DNA from: Phoronis australis
Lineage: Eukaryota; Animalia; Phoronida
DNA length: 64,000 nucleotides
Direction: 5' to 3'
NCBI GenBank assembly: GCA_002633005.1
Contig: NMRA01000043.1
Span: forward strand, 832,481-896,480
Shown: positions 12,870-26,026 of the stretch, in pieces
Layout of the letters: each line of letters starts with the position of its first letter
How positions within the stretch are numbered: position 1 is the first letter of the stretch
Position numbers and translations under genes: made by a program
The notes under the pieces: generated by a model
Seen by the model: the letters and a program-made list of their open reading frames with translations, nothing else
The model's database searches: none
What the model was told of the DNA's origin: nothing

Positions 12870-13118
12870 GGGCCCGTTCTAAGAAAACTGATTTAGCTAA
12901 GAAAATTCTTAAATTTGTGTCAATTTTAAGATAAAACTTCAATTTGCCTTAAATCTTTTCCAAGAAAGTGATCTTAAGTGTGACATAAGTTTTCGACTTC
13001 AGTTTTGTCTTAAGCTTGATTAACTTACCTGTTGTGGAAGTTTTAAAGTTTTTGGAAGTTGAGACAAATCTTAAACTCAAGTCAAAATGAACATAATTCA
13101 GTTTATTGGAACGGGCCT
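12870..13118. mobile_element. MITE, PIF/Harbinger-like
   Basis: GGGCCCGTTC...GAACGGGCCT termini flanked by CTG/CAG (CWG-type target). Confidence 0.6.
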
Positions 13119-13225
13119 CAGATCACTCATGTAACAGGTGAACTCCTCTCATTCTTTCTTCAGTTGAGGAGTCGCATTGCAATCGACACCAAGCAGCCTG
13201 AACGCAAAGTGGAAATTACGATCTA

Positions 13226-14283
13226 CCTTATTTGCCGTAATAACCGCCCAGGGCGCTTAGAAAAGTTCGTTTCAAAGGGGGCGTTGAAACCCAGTCACGT
13301 GACATTTGTTTTGAAGTTCGTCTGCATTTGTGAGTAAGCGAGCCCGTGAGTGTCACCAGAGTTCATTTGCCAAAGTAGAGACCGTCTTTTGGCCAGAGCC
13401 AAGCAATCTAACGAGCTAGATGTGCATTGTGTCTAAAGAAATTTGCACAAGCAGTAGGCCTAAACCAGAGCATGTTTCATTCAGCACTTGCCGGTCTCGT
13501 GCTAAAAACGGTCGACATTTGTCTCAGTAAGGTCCATATTAGTCGCCGTGTGGCTGGATGCGTACCTGACTATCTGACAGTTATTTTTCGGTGTGAGGGT
13601 GCGTAAGCATTCACTGTCAGGGGTCATTTTATCGGATATTTGGCTTAATCAAACAATTCATCTTAAAAATAACGCAAACATTTTTCATAGTATTAGAAAC
13701 TGTCGGAAATTAGTGCCAATGTTCATTTCTTGCCGATGCTATGCTACCCGTTTCATGAATGAATAGTTCCCGGCTAATGTCTTTGATGTCAGGTTCATGT
13801 ATGTAGTGCGCGCTTCCTGGCCACGTGCTTTTAACACTGGCCAAGCTTTTTATTAGTCTTCAATTCGCGGTTTTCACGTGTGCAAAGAAATTTGGATTCC
13901 TGTTGAAAGCGGGAAATATCTACAAAGCAATCCCATAGACAAGTACACTATTTCTGTTCTGAAATGCCAGACCATTGGTCCTCGCAAGATCATCAGAACT
14001 TTTGTGTTTGCTTTTAGGCATGGCGGAAGTTTGAAGTGTATAGTCACGGCTAAATGACTGACATAGCGGCAAGGCTCGTGGTCTACAAATTCTGCGCACA
14101 ATGATTTCTTTCAGCACTGTCGGATATTATTGATAAATTGAAGATGTTACTGTAGAATTTTAGGACTGTAGGTAAGGCATTTTTCGCACGTACACATTCA
14201 TGGACTGGGCGCTTATTTTAGCAGTCTGAAAACGCGGGGGAGGGCGCTTATAGGGGCATGGGCGGTTATTACGGCAAATATGG
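13226..14283 (+). mobile_element. Non-autonomous Tc1/pogo-like element, copy 2 (internally deleted relative to copy 1)
   Basis: TA|CCTTATTTGCCGTAATAACCGCCCA ... TGGGCGGTTATTACGGCAAATATGG|TA; collinear with about 3880-4861; peptide SIRGFHVCKEIWIP..NPIDKY..RHGGSLKCIVT. Confidence 0.75.
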
Positions 14284-15497
14284 TATTCAAGTTTTTAGAG
14301 GGCCCGGTACTGATTTATCAATAAATGCACAAGGGAAAACTTCTTCAGTGATTACATAAACCCAAGTAGTAGAGATGTACAGTTGTCATCTCCCCAAACA
14401 CTTTTCCAGCTCACAATGTTTGAGTGGCCAGCATGATACACGTTCTGTCTTTACCCCAGCGTGACAGAATAGGAGACACAAAACAATTCTGAAATAAACT
14501 GAAAATCTTGGTTGCTGTAGATTTCTGGGAGTTTCCAATGAGAGAGCAAGAGATGAGACTTCTAAAACAACTCACATGCATATTTGACGCCAAAAATGAT
14601 GCGCCCCTTGAGTTCATATTTGAATGATTGAGACAGCTCACTCAACTCAGTTTTTTAACCCAAGTAAGCTAATCCCAACGAAACAACTTACACTGTAAGT
14701 ATAAAAAGATTGGGTCGCGTTTGCAGCCGGGAACAAATCATCCATGTTTTAATCGAGAAAACGAAATGTAGTCACGTTCACTGATCTAAAACGGTTCTTG
14801 CTGATACGTTTATTGGACTGCCATTCATAAAGTTCTGAAGTAAGACACTGCAGTGCGTTGATACACTTGAAATCATACGAGTTTTTAGCAACGGTCTCAC
14901 AAAATCACCCTTCAAAGTCTAATCCTGTTTTTGTTTGAACCGTGAGAACTTTGTGGTTGTTGGGTTCCACTGATTGACCGAATTTATAAGTTCCATGCTC
15001 GAATGAACACCCAGCACACTTGCCTAGTTCAGCTAAAATTTGGACGTAAGCAGCCACTGCTTGGGTATCGCTCACAACTGACTTTTGGCAATTTTCAGTT
15101 TAAACGCCCAATGCTTGGGTAATTATCCACCATATCTCAGGGTTTCCCAATTTAAACACCCAGTGCGTTAACCCGTGAGTTTACAGTATTTTATATTGCA
15201 TAAAAAGTTTGTCAAAAATTTCATTCATTTCCTAGGGGTTCTCCTCAGGTAACTGAAAAACGCAATGAAAATAATTAAACAAAAACATAAATTATATTCT
15301 GACCCTAAAGGTTTCATACTTTTGATCTATTATGACATTACAGGTTACAAACTGGGGGAGGGGTACTGACCTAACCACTTTTGACCTTTTATGTCAAGTT
15401 TTTCTATTGTACCAAACTGACATAATTATTGGCTTGGGGAACCTTGTGAATTAGATGACTTGGACTGGCTGGAATCTTCAAGATTACATCTAGAATA

Positions 15498-16666
15498 AAC
15501 AACAGCAATGCAGAGCATTGAAACGCACCCATGAATGCACCACAAACGGTGTCAGGGTTGTTTATTTATTTCATACAAATGGATGGTGCAAAAATGTCAA
15601 ATCCATCTGAAAACGGGAACATGAAATCGCATCTTAATAGAAATCTATTTGATTTCATAAAAATCTTCAGAGAAACAAAGGAAAATGGAAAAAAATGAAA
15701 TTGCCAATAAAGGGTACAGCGTTCATTGGATCCGCCTGAAAGACGACGACGTCTGTTGTTAGCTTCATATAAATACAATTTCTAAATTGAATGGGTTTAG
15801 GAGATTCAGCTTAGGCGCAAAACAAACAAAACTACCAATAGAAGGTACTACAGTAGTCGAAGTCCTCATTGTCAACAGTCTTCTTCACACTGAGAACATA
15901 TTCGCCAGTTTTCAAAATCATCTTTAGAATGCTTTGGTTGATTGAGGGGTGGACGCCAACAAAACTCATAAAACAGCAAAAATGGCCACTAGGTGGCACA
16001 AAGTAAGTCGATTCCACCCGAAAATGGGAGGATAGCATCAACTCACCTATAGACGCCTAAATTCCTAATTTTCTAAAAATCTGTTGAGGACCTTTGAAGA
16101 TACAGAGGTAAATTTAGAAAAGATCCTGCAAACGGTTTAAGAGATACAGCCATTGGCACAAAAACAAAACTGCCACTAGGAGGCACTACAGTAGTCAAAA
16201 TCATCAGAAAATCATCATCAGCCGTTCTCTTCATTGTAAGAACATACATGACATTTCACAATCATCCTTAGAGCAATTTGGTTGATAGAGGGGTGGACGA
16301 CAAAAAAACGGCTCGAAAACAATAAAAATGGCCACTAGGTGGCACAAACTACATCGAGTTCATCCGAAAACGGGAGGATGGCCTCATCTCAATAATAGAT
16401 GCCTATATGCCAAATTTCGTGAAAATACATTGAGGACTTATGAAGATACAGAGGTAAATGTAAAAAACTAAAATTGCCACTAGGGGGCACACCGGTGGTC
16501 GGATCCATTCAAAAGTTTGCTCATGCCGTTCCATCCACGAAAGGAACATATGTGCAAAATTTCATGATCATACGCCGAAGGCCTTTGGAGATAGAGCAGT
16601 GGACGCTGGACAGTCGGAGATGACGGCATAATGCATCCACATATAAATATGTGGGCGCATGAAAAA
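15498..16666 (-). mobile_element. Helentron-associated non-autonomous element (HINE-like), family 1, with an internal array of 150-185 bp units
   Basis: One end is AACAACAG plus hairpin CAATGCAGAGCATTG plus sub-terminal motif. The other is ATGCATCCACAT..ATGTGGGCGCAT-GAAAAAA. Internal units carry GCCACTAGG(G/T/A)GGCAC. Confidence 0.65.
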
Positions 16667-17829
16667 AGGGAAATAACATTTTTGAAACTTTTAGTACATT
16701 TTCGAATTAGAAATAGCTCTTAGGGTAACAAGGCAACATTGTGTCACAAAAGACAAATTATGTCAAATCTTGACACTCATTAAATCAATGCATAAATATC
16801 AATGGAAAACAACACTGCCTTCAGTCTAGAGTTTCTATTTCATCGGTGGCAAAATCAGTTCCCCAGGATATTTCGACGGGATGCAGCTATAAATTGAAGT
16901 TAACCGCCAACTTAGTCCGTGGACTAGAAAAAGGGACTTATTTGAAGGAAACTTTTGAGAAAGTTATCGTTCCATTGATAGTTGTTCCAGAATGAAACAC
17001 CATATTTATGCAGTGATCCATCTATGGCATAGGACCTTTTAAAATACTTATATTATGGTAAAAATTCTCCGATTTGGACAGCAATCTCTAAAATTTGGGA
17101 GACTGAAATTTAAGCCAATGTTGAATTTTCTTGATTCTAAAGACTGTAATATGGGTAATTTTGGCATTCATCATATTCCTCAAATATTGGACAATGCATG
17201 TTGTATCAACAAAGTCTGAGATAAAATTGTTGAGGACGCCAATGCAAAATTCATCTTTATCTTGATTTGTAAATTTGAGTATGGACAATAATGTCTACTT
17301 CAAAATATTTTAAAGGACCCAAACTGGAGAATATTTACCGTAAAATCCTTTACACATTTTTGTAGCTGGGAAAAAGAACCTTTTCTACTTTCGAAGTGTC
17401 GAAGGGAATCAAATCCGAAAGCAATCCTTCCATAGTGAATTTAGTCATAAAAGGAAACTTTTCATCTATACTAGGATAACTTGTTGTGAAAATGTTAGCC
17501 ATCTCAGCAGTACCCCCCCCCCTCTTCTAAGGTACTACTCCCAGCAATCAGTTCTCATTTAATCACCAGATCATTGACAAAGCACAGAAAGTACATTAAT
17601 TCACCAAACCTCTGTTCATGCGTAATATTAAGGATGGTTCAAAGAGGGAAACAATATAGCTAACTCATTAGCACGTTTGTACTGGAGAAGTCTGTCAGAC
17701 GCTGATATACTTAGCCAAAGGCATGCAGGGTAATGGCAGGTCAATGGTTTTGCGACATTACAAATAATAAGCGAGGATCAATAAACTGTTAATACATTTT
17801 ACAAGAAAACTGCACTGAGTATGACTTAA

Positions 17830-18431
17830 AGGAGCATGCCACCCAAAAAACAACCTAATTTGTATCAATTTAGATCGAGTAGTTCTACTCCATAACGACA
17901 AGTATGAAATTATCTCCGACACATGCGGTTGCGTTACCCAACACCTGACGGCAGACGGAGGTGTTGAAATTATCCATTGACGTCATCGGTTTCACACGCA
18001 GTCTGTTCAGCAGTTCACAACACTGGTTACTGGTGTCAGCTTATCGCTTGAAGTCATCGTTTAACACCAATAAATCATCAAACTTCTATGTAAAACCCTT
18101 AAAAATACACCGAGTTCTTATCAAAACGTGTTGTTTTAGTTCACTCTTACGGATTTATTGGTATTTGGACACACCATAGCCTACAAAGTTCGGCAGGCCA
18201 ATAAGGGGTCTGTTCCGAGATAATTTAGAAGCATTTTCCGTGAGATACAGACAGGAGAACCTAGATCTGTGTTGTTTGTGATTTTTTTGAGTTCTAAACA
18301 CAAAACGCTTGTTAGCCTGGTCAGTGGCTCGGAGCCCGATCAGGCCNTAAGGTCGACCATATGCGAGGCGATGTGGATATAGACCGATTAAGACGGCAAA
18401 AAAGACTAATTAAATCGGGTGGCATTCTCCT
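17830..18431. mobile_element. Kolobok-like MITE
   Basis: TTAA|AGGAGCATGCCACCC ... GGGTGGCATTCTCCT|TTAA: TTAA TSD with purine-purine termini. Confidence 0.75.
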
Positions 18432-19244
18432 TTAATCTTAACACTTGAACATGACACAAGAGTGCAAGGGTACTTGAGATGAGAGGACCTGCCATCAGGA
18501 ATTGCATGCCTTTACAAAAGAAGCTGGCAGCTTCACTAGAGGGATGATCGTGTCCATAAATAAGCGAAGACTGGCCAAGCAGCAATGAACATGAAGCACA
18601 GGAGAAGGTAGATTTACCTGGGTTAACACGCCACAATCATCATTGGATTTATAACTAACAGACTTTAAACGTTTGTTTATTTTAATCATCAAAATAATCA
18701 TTTCATACAGAGCTGGAGGCATAGGATCGGTGACGCAACCCCATGGTTTCAATATCACTATTAATATTACGTACAGTTTCAGATAACATATGACTGCTAC
18801 ATGCAGAGGTATATCCACCAGTGCAGGGATCAAAGGGTATGGGTGAATTAACCCACACAGCCTTAAGTATTTGGGCCAATTTGGAGGACCTATGGGCAAT
18901 ACTAGTTTTTTGTCCTTTTTTGCTCCTAATTTTAATGGGCCGGTTGGCCCGACTTAAGCCATCACAGTGTGTCTATGAAATAACTTTTTTATATCAATGA
19001 CAAATTATACGTGTTCACAGATTACACCAAACCATTGATATCCCAAGCGCTATACACAGCTACATGATGGATTCAGAGTCAGACACAGTAAGTGCAGTAC
19101 TTGTTTCACATTGTAATCTTGTATTTGACAACGAGATCCAGTAAACCATTTCAGAGCACACTACTTTTATTACACAATTTTATTGATCGCAACTGAACGG
19201 TAAAAAGTGATCACTAGTCGTCTTGGGTTGTCAACAGCTCTGTA

Positions 19245-19345
19245 GGTGGCACTGTCATCCATATGTTTATGTGGATGGCACTGTCATCCATATGTTTATG
19301 TGGATGGCACTGTCATCCATAGTTATTTGGATGACACTGTCATCC
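19245..19345. repeat. Tandem repeat, about 29-bp unit x3.5
   Basis: TGGCACTGTCATCCATATGTTTATGTGGA repeated. Confidence 0.85.
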
Positions 19346-19805
19346 GTGTTTCGAAACTTAAATTTTTACTTTACATTAGATGCTATTAAATAAAATAAAA
19401 TAAAATAAAATAAAGTACAAATATTTGTGAAACGGTATGAAGTTGAATTTCTTCCTCTTTTTGCTTCTTTCGGCACACATATAGTCTATGGTTTATCGAA
19501 GAGAATATTTAACTGATCAGGAAATCATGAAGTGTACTAACTGCTACGTACTTTTCATCATTCATTCATCTCATTCTTCATTAGTCTCATTCTTCATTCA
19601 TATCATTCTTCATTCATCTCATTCTTCATTCATCGTTGACTTGCAATTCAAGTTCTCAAGCTCATTCCAAAACCATCTTAGCATTTTTCTTTGTAACCAA
19701 TGATAATGAAACAAAGATGGCCATACTATAATTGTGTTAAAATGTTCCTGTGCGCTAACTGGTTAGAATTACTACCTTGATTAACATGACGGAACTATCC
19801 CTTAC

Positions 19806-19820
19806 CTTGAGTGACATCAG
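19806..19820 (-). CDS. CASK: Candidate 15-nt CASK microexon (LMSLK), or short alternative first exon (MSLK)
   Basis: ctgtttgcag|CTGATGTCACTCAAG|gtaagg; frame-preserving, phase 0-0, 357 nt downstream of the PHFM exon. No transcript evidence. Confidence 0.45.
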
Positions 19821-20177
19821 CTGCAAACAGTATCTTCTGAAAGCATTTGACATATACACTTTGAAATTCTTAACATGCACAATGTCCACGTCACACCACA
19901 CTCATTCTCAGAACATTCAAGCCTATCTTAATTTTTTATGGGAATGGTTTGGAGACTGGTGCAATAAGTGGAAAACTGGCCAAACACAGGCATCGAATGA
20001 CGCACCATCAACAGGGTTCGTACTCAGTGGACAGCGCTTGTCCTGTTTTCGAGAGCACACTACCTTGGCGTTACAAGGTCCTAAAATCATTTTAAAAACC
20101 CTAACCGTGTCTTCCATTCAATCAACACACACTGAACTACATTTTTATCACAAGTAAAATATGCTGTGGCTACTTGC

Positions 20178-20345
20178 CATGAAGTGTGGACTGCTCAGTA
20201 GGTTCTTGAGCTCTGTACAGGTCTGTTGACAAGCCGGGTCTGGTCGGGTAGTCAAGCATTCTATCAGGTTTTTGGCCCTCTCCACAGCATCCGTGGGTGG
20301 GGGTTTGGCTGGGCCCAGTGATCGAGAACTGATGCGGTCATACAG
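20178..20345 (-). CDS. CASK: CASK internal exon: end of L27-1 and start of L27-2 (LYDRISSRSLGPAKPPPTDAVERAKNLIECLTTRPDPACQQTCTELKNLLSSPHFM)
   Basis: 168 nt, ttacag acceptor, phase 0-0. Matches CASK [53 protein letters not shown]. Ends at ATG|gcaagt (GC donor). Confidence 0.93.
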
Positions 20346-20527
20346 CTGTAACACATTTAACAGGTATTAGTATTCTGGTTATAACATCATATTCTTTAAC
20401 ATATAATTACAGGTGTGAGTAAGTACCGTAGTCTGCCCACAAGAATGTAATTGTTAACGTAATTACAGGTAGCTGTAGGCGACATAGGACAATGTAGTCA
20501 TTAACACACAGTTCAGATTGAAAATGA

Positions 20528-20628
20528 TGTGTGTGTGTGTGTGCGTGTGTGTGTCTGTGCCTGTGTGTGTGTGCGTGCGTGCGTGTGTGTGTCTGTGTGT
20601 GCGTCTGTACGTGCGTGCATGTGTGTGT
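20528..20628. repeat. (GT)n compound microsatellite
   Basis: Seen directly; similar tracts at 34702-34750 and 50298-50355. Confidence 0.95.
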
Positions 20629-21519
20629 TACCTTCTAGTGGAAACATGGGAAGAGTCAGGGAATTACAAGGTATAATAATAAATACTGGTACAAAGTCAA
20701 CTTAGAAGTGTAAAGCATTATATCTCACTTGAAAAGGTGTTTAGTGCAACATTAAAGACTTTCACCATCCAAACTGTCATTAATATACTAACGGTGTATA
20801 ATGCATCACAAAACCAAAAAAATATGAATTATCACATGATTAACTTGAGTACCAATTTTAATAATTTCAAACTTTTTAGTCATACAAGTCCTCAATAGTG
20901 CATTTCCCTCAAATTTGAAACCCAAAAATATTTTATGAAAGAAATACATGGAATTAATTCCACAAATGATCGTGACTCCAAAGAATTCATGAATACCCAA
21001 ATACTACGTCACCCTTATTAGCACACACTGATACTACACATCAGGAGAGTATGACACATGTAGTAGCACCAGTCGTTTTGTGATACAGATAATGATTGGA
21101 ATTTTATATGAATCAACAAATCACATAGATCATGAATAATTTTTCGAAGTATCAATCCAGTGAAATGTTAGTGAAATTCAGAATCCTGGCAAATTCGTGT
21201 CCCAATGCAATTTTTTTTCATTGTAAAAATTTGCCCGAAAAACACAAGGGATTCTTAAAACCAATTTTCACAATGGAATGTTACATTAAGAGACAGTAAG
21301 AACAGTAAATGACCAATAGTCAACATATCGTCAAAATACTTCGTCCCTAACGAAGCACACTAGATTAGTACATTTAGATCTCAGAAACACACGGCAGTCT
21401 ACACATATTCTTTCTAGTATTTGTTACAGGTAGCTCGAAAACAAGAAATACCCAACTTCTGTCAGTCATAACTTATTGTTTAGAAATCAGTCAGTCATAA
21501 CAAGACAGGTCATAAGTAC

Positions 21520-24500
21520 TAGTCCACGAGAGCACCAGCCATGAGCGGCAAGGTGGGGGTCAGCCGATTTTCACCAATTTGGCACATAGGTAGTCCTTTG
21601 GGATCTATAAACAGCGGTAAAATATTTCCTCTAAAGTTATAGGCTCAAACACATTTTACGGCTTCGCAGCCATGTTTTCACGGTATAAAAACTGTCCACT
21701 TTTAACTGTTCATATTTTTCCTTGAATGAAAGCACTTGATTTATTATTCACTTGGCATTGTTTAGTGGTGCCTGTAGATTTTTACACAGATGTCTTGAAA
21801 CATGATTCCGATTTACCACCCTCATTTAGTAGTTTTACTACACTGCCCCCCTGTTATGCCATTTTGAGGTTGTGTTCAGTACACTGCTGTACCAAATCTG
21901 CCCCACTGTTATGAGATTGAAACTTAGCCAAAATGTTGACAAAACATGTTACTTTCATTTCATAAAATAAAAACTTTGTCAGCCAGTTTATTAGTTATAA
22001 ATTTTGGTACCTCAAATGTACTAAAATGAGAAATTTTCATATATCTGAGATCGATGCGTGAGCACCGTAAAATCCGATTGTCCTTCATGTTTTTCGATAT
22101 TTTGCAACAACTTAGTTCCTCCTGAATGTTTTGAAAGTTTTACTACTTATCACTTAGGGCTACAGTACCCCTAAATACCATACATGGCTCCATTTTGTAA
22201 AAAGCCGATTATGTCCTCCACAGTGAACAGGGTTAGACACGAACTCGACAAATGTAGGTTATTTTGATTTACAGTTGTTTTACTTTCCAATTTCCTCATG
22301 GGTATTTCTTCACACACATTCAAGTCAGATTTTCTGTTGATCAAATGTTCATGCAACGCATTGAAATATCAAATGAGTGACGAGTTTGGTTGCATGACCG
22401 CAATTTTTCCCACGACTTAAAACAAAAGACCGCAGAAATTTTCCTGACGAAATACCGAGTTTGCAGTTCTCTAAAAACATTCGAATGATAAGACAAACTC
22501 CACCACTGTCTATGGCAACTCGTCGCATGTTTTTCGCCCATCGGTCCTATCATTGTTTTCCTTTGCTGTGTCATTGTTGGATGTAACAACACAGGTCGCA
22601 TGGATATAGAACCTTGCGTACATCAGACCGTTGCCGATAAGTGCTTGTCATTAAATCTTTATTATAACAACGGGAACAATGAAAATGCTAATCTATTGTT
22701 CTCTATGCCACCAGGTTTCCCGTGGATGACCACAGAAGAGGAATCCCAAAGTATCCACAAACAATGACCACGCACCTTAGTAACTATTACCGCGCACACA
22801 AATCCTTTCCGTGGAACCTAAACACCAAATTATTTAATCCGTGTATTGTGTTGTATTGCTCATGGTACAGGTTCAGACTCTGTTGTATTAAGATTCCAAT
22901 CCCCAACCCTGTAATATGTAGTTTGAATAAAATTTCTAGACAATGCAGGTTTATGGATTTATTCTCCTTCAAATGAAGAGTAAAAATCAAATTCTGCACA
23001 GTTTTTTTAAAAGTAATCACTTATTGGAAGATCACACATCTAAAAAATAAAACAATGTTTGACAATTTTATTCATTATATTATTTGAAAATTGCCTACTT
23101 CACAGACAACTCATCTAAGTTGAAAATATTCCATGTGAAAAAATATAAAAAACAACTAGAGACTTGTGTACTACAAAATATGTTTTCGTAATACAATGCA
23201 AAAATAACTGTACAGTCAAAAGTGCAAATGTTATACTTTTGCAACATGGTTTGCATTACAATTGCCCTACGATTACAGTTGTACATACATACTAGACCAG
23301 TAACAAAATTATCCATGGGAACCATAAAATGGTCAATTCGCCAAAAAACAAGGAGCCACCANATTTTTACAATGCTACATCCTTGACAATCGCAGATTGC
23401 CTCTTTCAATGCATACTCCACTTCCTCTGTCCCAGTTTCCCCACATTTGCTGAAAGTGGCCTATCTCAACAAATTACTTTGGACCTGTTGTGGTATAAGC
23501 CAGTAATCTTTGGTAAATACTTTTTCCTCGACTCGTTCCTCAAGCTACAAATTCTCTTTGACATATCTTCTGGGAGTAGACTTTTCGGCCTCTATCTAGC
23601 CCCCTCACTTAGTTGTCCAGAAGGGTACCTTCTTGCTGGTTGTGAACTTTTCCATACCCAACCTTTACTAATAATTGGCAAGTCTCCAACTTCAGCAGAA
23701 GCCACTTCTTCAGCATAAGCCTTTCCTGATTCCTAAAATTATATTAATGAAAAATTAAACATATTAAATTTAATGTGGCCATTTCGGCTCAGAAAATATG
23801 AATACCAAGCTAAAGTGACGGCTTTAGCATGTTTAATTAACTTCATAACCGCAGAAAATCATTGGTAGACATAACATACTCCTTAGTCTCTACAAGTAGT
23901 TCATGGGCAGAAGTTATGTTACACATTTGGTGGTTGTTATGAAAAGTTATGATGACTACCTATTTTCTATGCCAATATAGTTGCATAAACATCAACACAT
24001 TTGAATAAGATGTGATTAAGCAATAAGGCCCAAGTTATAAGCAATCACGGTGTGTCAATAAAAGTATTTTTGCATGAATGACGTGCTTCTAAAAATATTC
24101 CTCAGGGTCGGACCCTGGAGTTTAGTGATTCCTACCTGAGCTCACACGAAGCTGGACGTTGAACCTTGACTTAACATCTTTGGTCATTTTTCAGACCTCT
24201 ATCAGATTTCTCCTCTAGTGTGCAGTGGATGTTCTCAGTGTCTTTGGCGACGTCAATATATCTCAAGTGTTGTAACGATGATTCGGTTAAGTGAATCTAA
24301 TACGGTAGATTATGTAGCTCCTGCACACCTGCCTCCGAGGCAGAAACTGAGACAGACTACTTCTCAGGAGGACACGTTTCACCTCCACATCAGCTCCACG
24401 TACTCTTATAAGGTGCTCAAATGTCTCGCTCTATACCTTGTGTATTTCCCAAGAGTTTCCAAAGTTGTTTCTCTCCGCAATTTGTGGAAATACTACATTC

Positions 24501-25339
24501 GATGCGACTGGCAGTGCCAGATAAATAGATAAATTCGCAAACCCGCACTTTAGGTCAGCCATCATTCAACTAACGCATTGTAAGCTTTAGTTTGGTATTC
24601 AGACGAATTGGATGAACAAATTTAGTATAATTTCATATTTTATTTGGAAATGCTAGTGTCCTTAAAATTAATTAAAAACATTTAAGCAAACCAATTGTTT
24701 TAATTGTTGTATTACACCACGGCATATTAATGCGTAGAAACGGCGCACAACTAGTGACTGGTTTAACATGACAAATACACATACGCGGTCTGAAATAGTG
24801 AAATTCATACACCTATTACCAAGCCTGCCTGAAGGGCTGACAAATTTTTTATTGTATCAATTTCAAGGGCATGGAGTCTTCTACATGCCCATGTTATTAT
24901 TTTTAGTTTTCTCGCGGGGCAGCTTCACTATAAGGGTACAGCTTACTGCTGGTTTTTCACAAGACGGAAATGTGAGTCCATGGAAACAGTTCCAGTGTTA
25001 CCATGGTAACCGATATTGTAGTGCCGGTGCCATTTTTACTGACATTGGTCATGAACCTATCATGTGATATCAAAATTGTTCAGAAACGATTCTGTTTGAA
25101 GCAGAAACTGGAGTAGAAAATTTGGTAAAAAATGACTCATTCCACACCAAGAAATTGCCTCATTTTGCCCCCCAGAACTCTTCCCTTGTATCTCCTAAAC
25201 CACCAAACTTTGTGGTGTCATACTTCACCCGTTTTCTATCAACCCTAATGTGATTTATCAGACTAAACATGGATCTGAATGGCTGACCCCCCACCTTGCT
25301 GCTTTTTGGCTGTACAGTGGTCCGTGGATCCGTGGACTG
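21520..25339 (-). mobile_element. Internally deleted DNA transposon with pseudogenised protein exons (about 24135-24500 and 23400-23735)
   Basis: TIRs TAGTCCACG..CAGCCATGAGCGGCAAGGTGGGGGTCAGCC and GGCTGACCCCCCACCTTGCTGCTTTTTGGCTG..CGTGGACTG. Broken minus-strand peptides LEIY*RRQRH*EHPLH/KSDRG and KGWVWKSS..PEDMSKRI..KVFTKDYWLIPQQVQS. Confidence 0.65.
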
Positions 25340-25341
25340 AT

Positions 25342-26026
25342 ACATAAGAACTACACAACAGGATATCAGAGTCAACTATTACAACACAGGCCATAAGCAC
25401 AACACACCGGGATATCAGAGTCAATCATCTCAACACAGGTAATAAGCAATACACACCAGGATACCACATTCATCCATTACAGCAAAGACCGTAAGCACTA
25501 CCACTACAATATCACAGTCACCCATTACAGCAAAGACCATAAGCACTACACACCAGGATATCAGAGACAATCATTACAACACAGGACATAAACACTAAAC
25601 AGCAGGATATCACGATCATCCATTACAGCACAGACCATAAGCACAACACACCAGGATATCGGAGTCAACAATTAGAACACAGGCCAAAAGCACCACAAAC
25701 CAGAATATCAGAGTCAATCACTATAAAATAACACATAAGCACTACATACTTTATCAGAGTCAATCATTACAACACAGGCCATCAGCAATTAACACACCAG
25801 GATAGCAGAGTCAGCCATTACAACATGGGACATAGGCACTACACACCAGGATATCAGAGTCAATCATTACAACACAGGTCATAAGCACTACACACCAGGA
25901 TATCAGAGTCAATCATTACAACACAGGTCATAAGCACTACACACCAGGATATCAGAGTCAATCATTACAACACAGGTCATAAGCACTACACACCAGGATA
26001 TCAGAGTCAATCATTACAACACAGGA
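25342..26026. repeat. Minisatellite, 49-bp unit x~14
   Basis: CACTACACACCAGGATATCAGAGTCAATCATTACAACACAGGTCATAAG; identical units on the right, degenerate on the left. Confidence 0.95.

Noticed and set aside
18495-18899. 134-aa ORF with a CAG|gtaaat donor; likewise 33112-33270 (MCTHF..VLQ|gtgaat)
   Set aside because: Phase-0 compatible, but donors or start contexts are weaker and the peptides have no distinctive feature; within chance expectation.
1-19805. Next constitutive CASK exon (ALLQxHDVVAHEVY..)
   Set aside because: Not found by eye or in the ORF track; presumed to lie beyond position 1.
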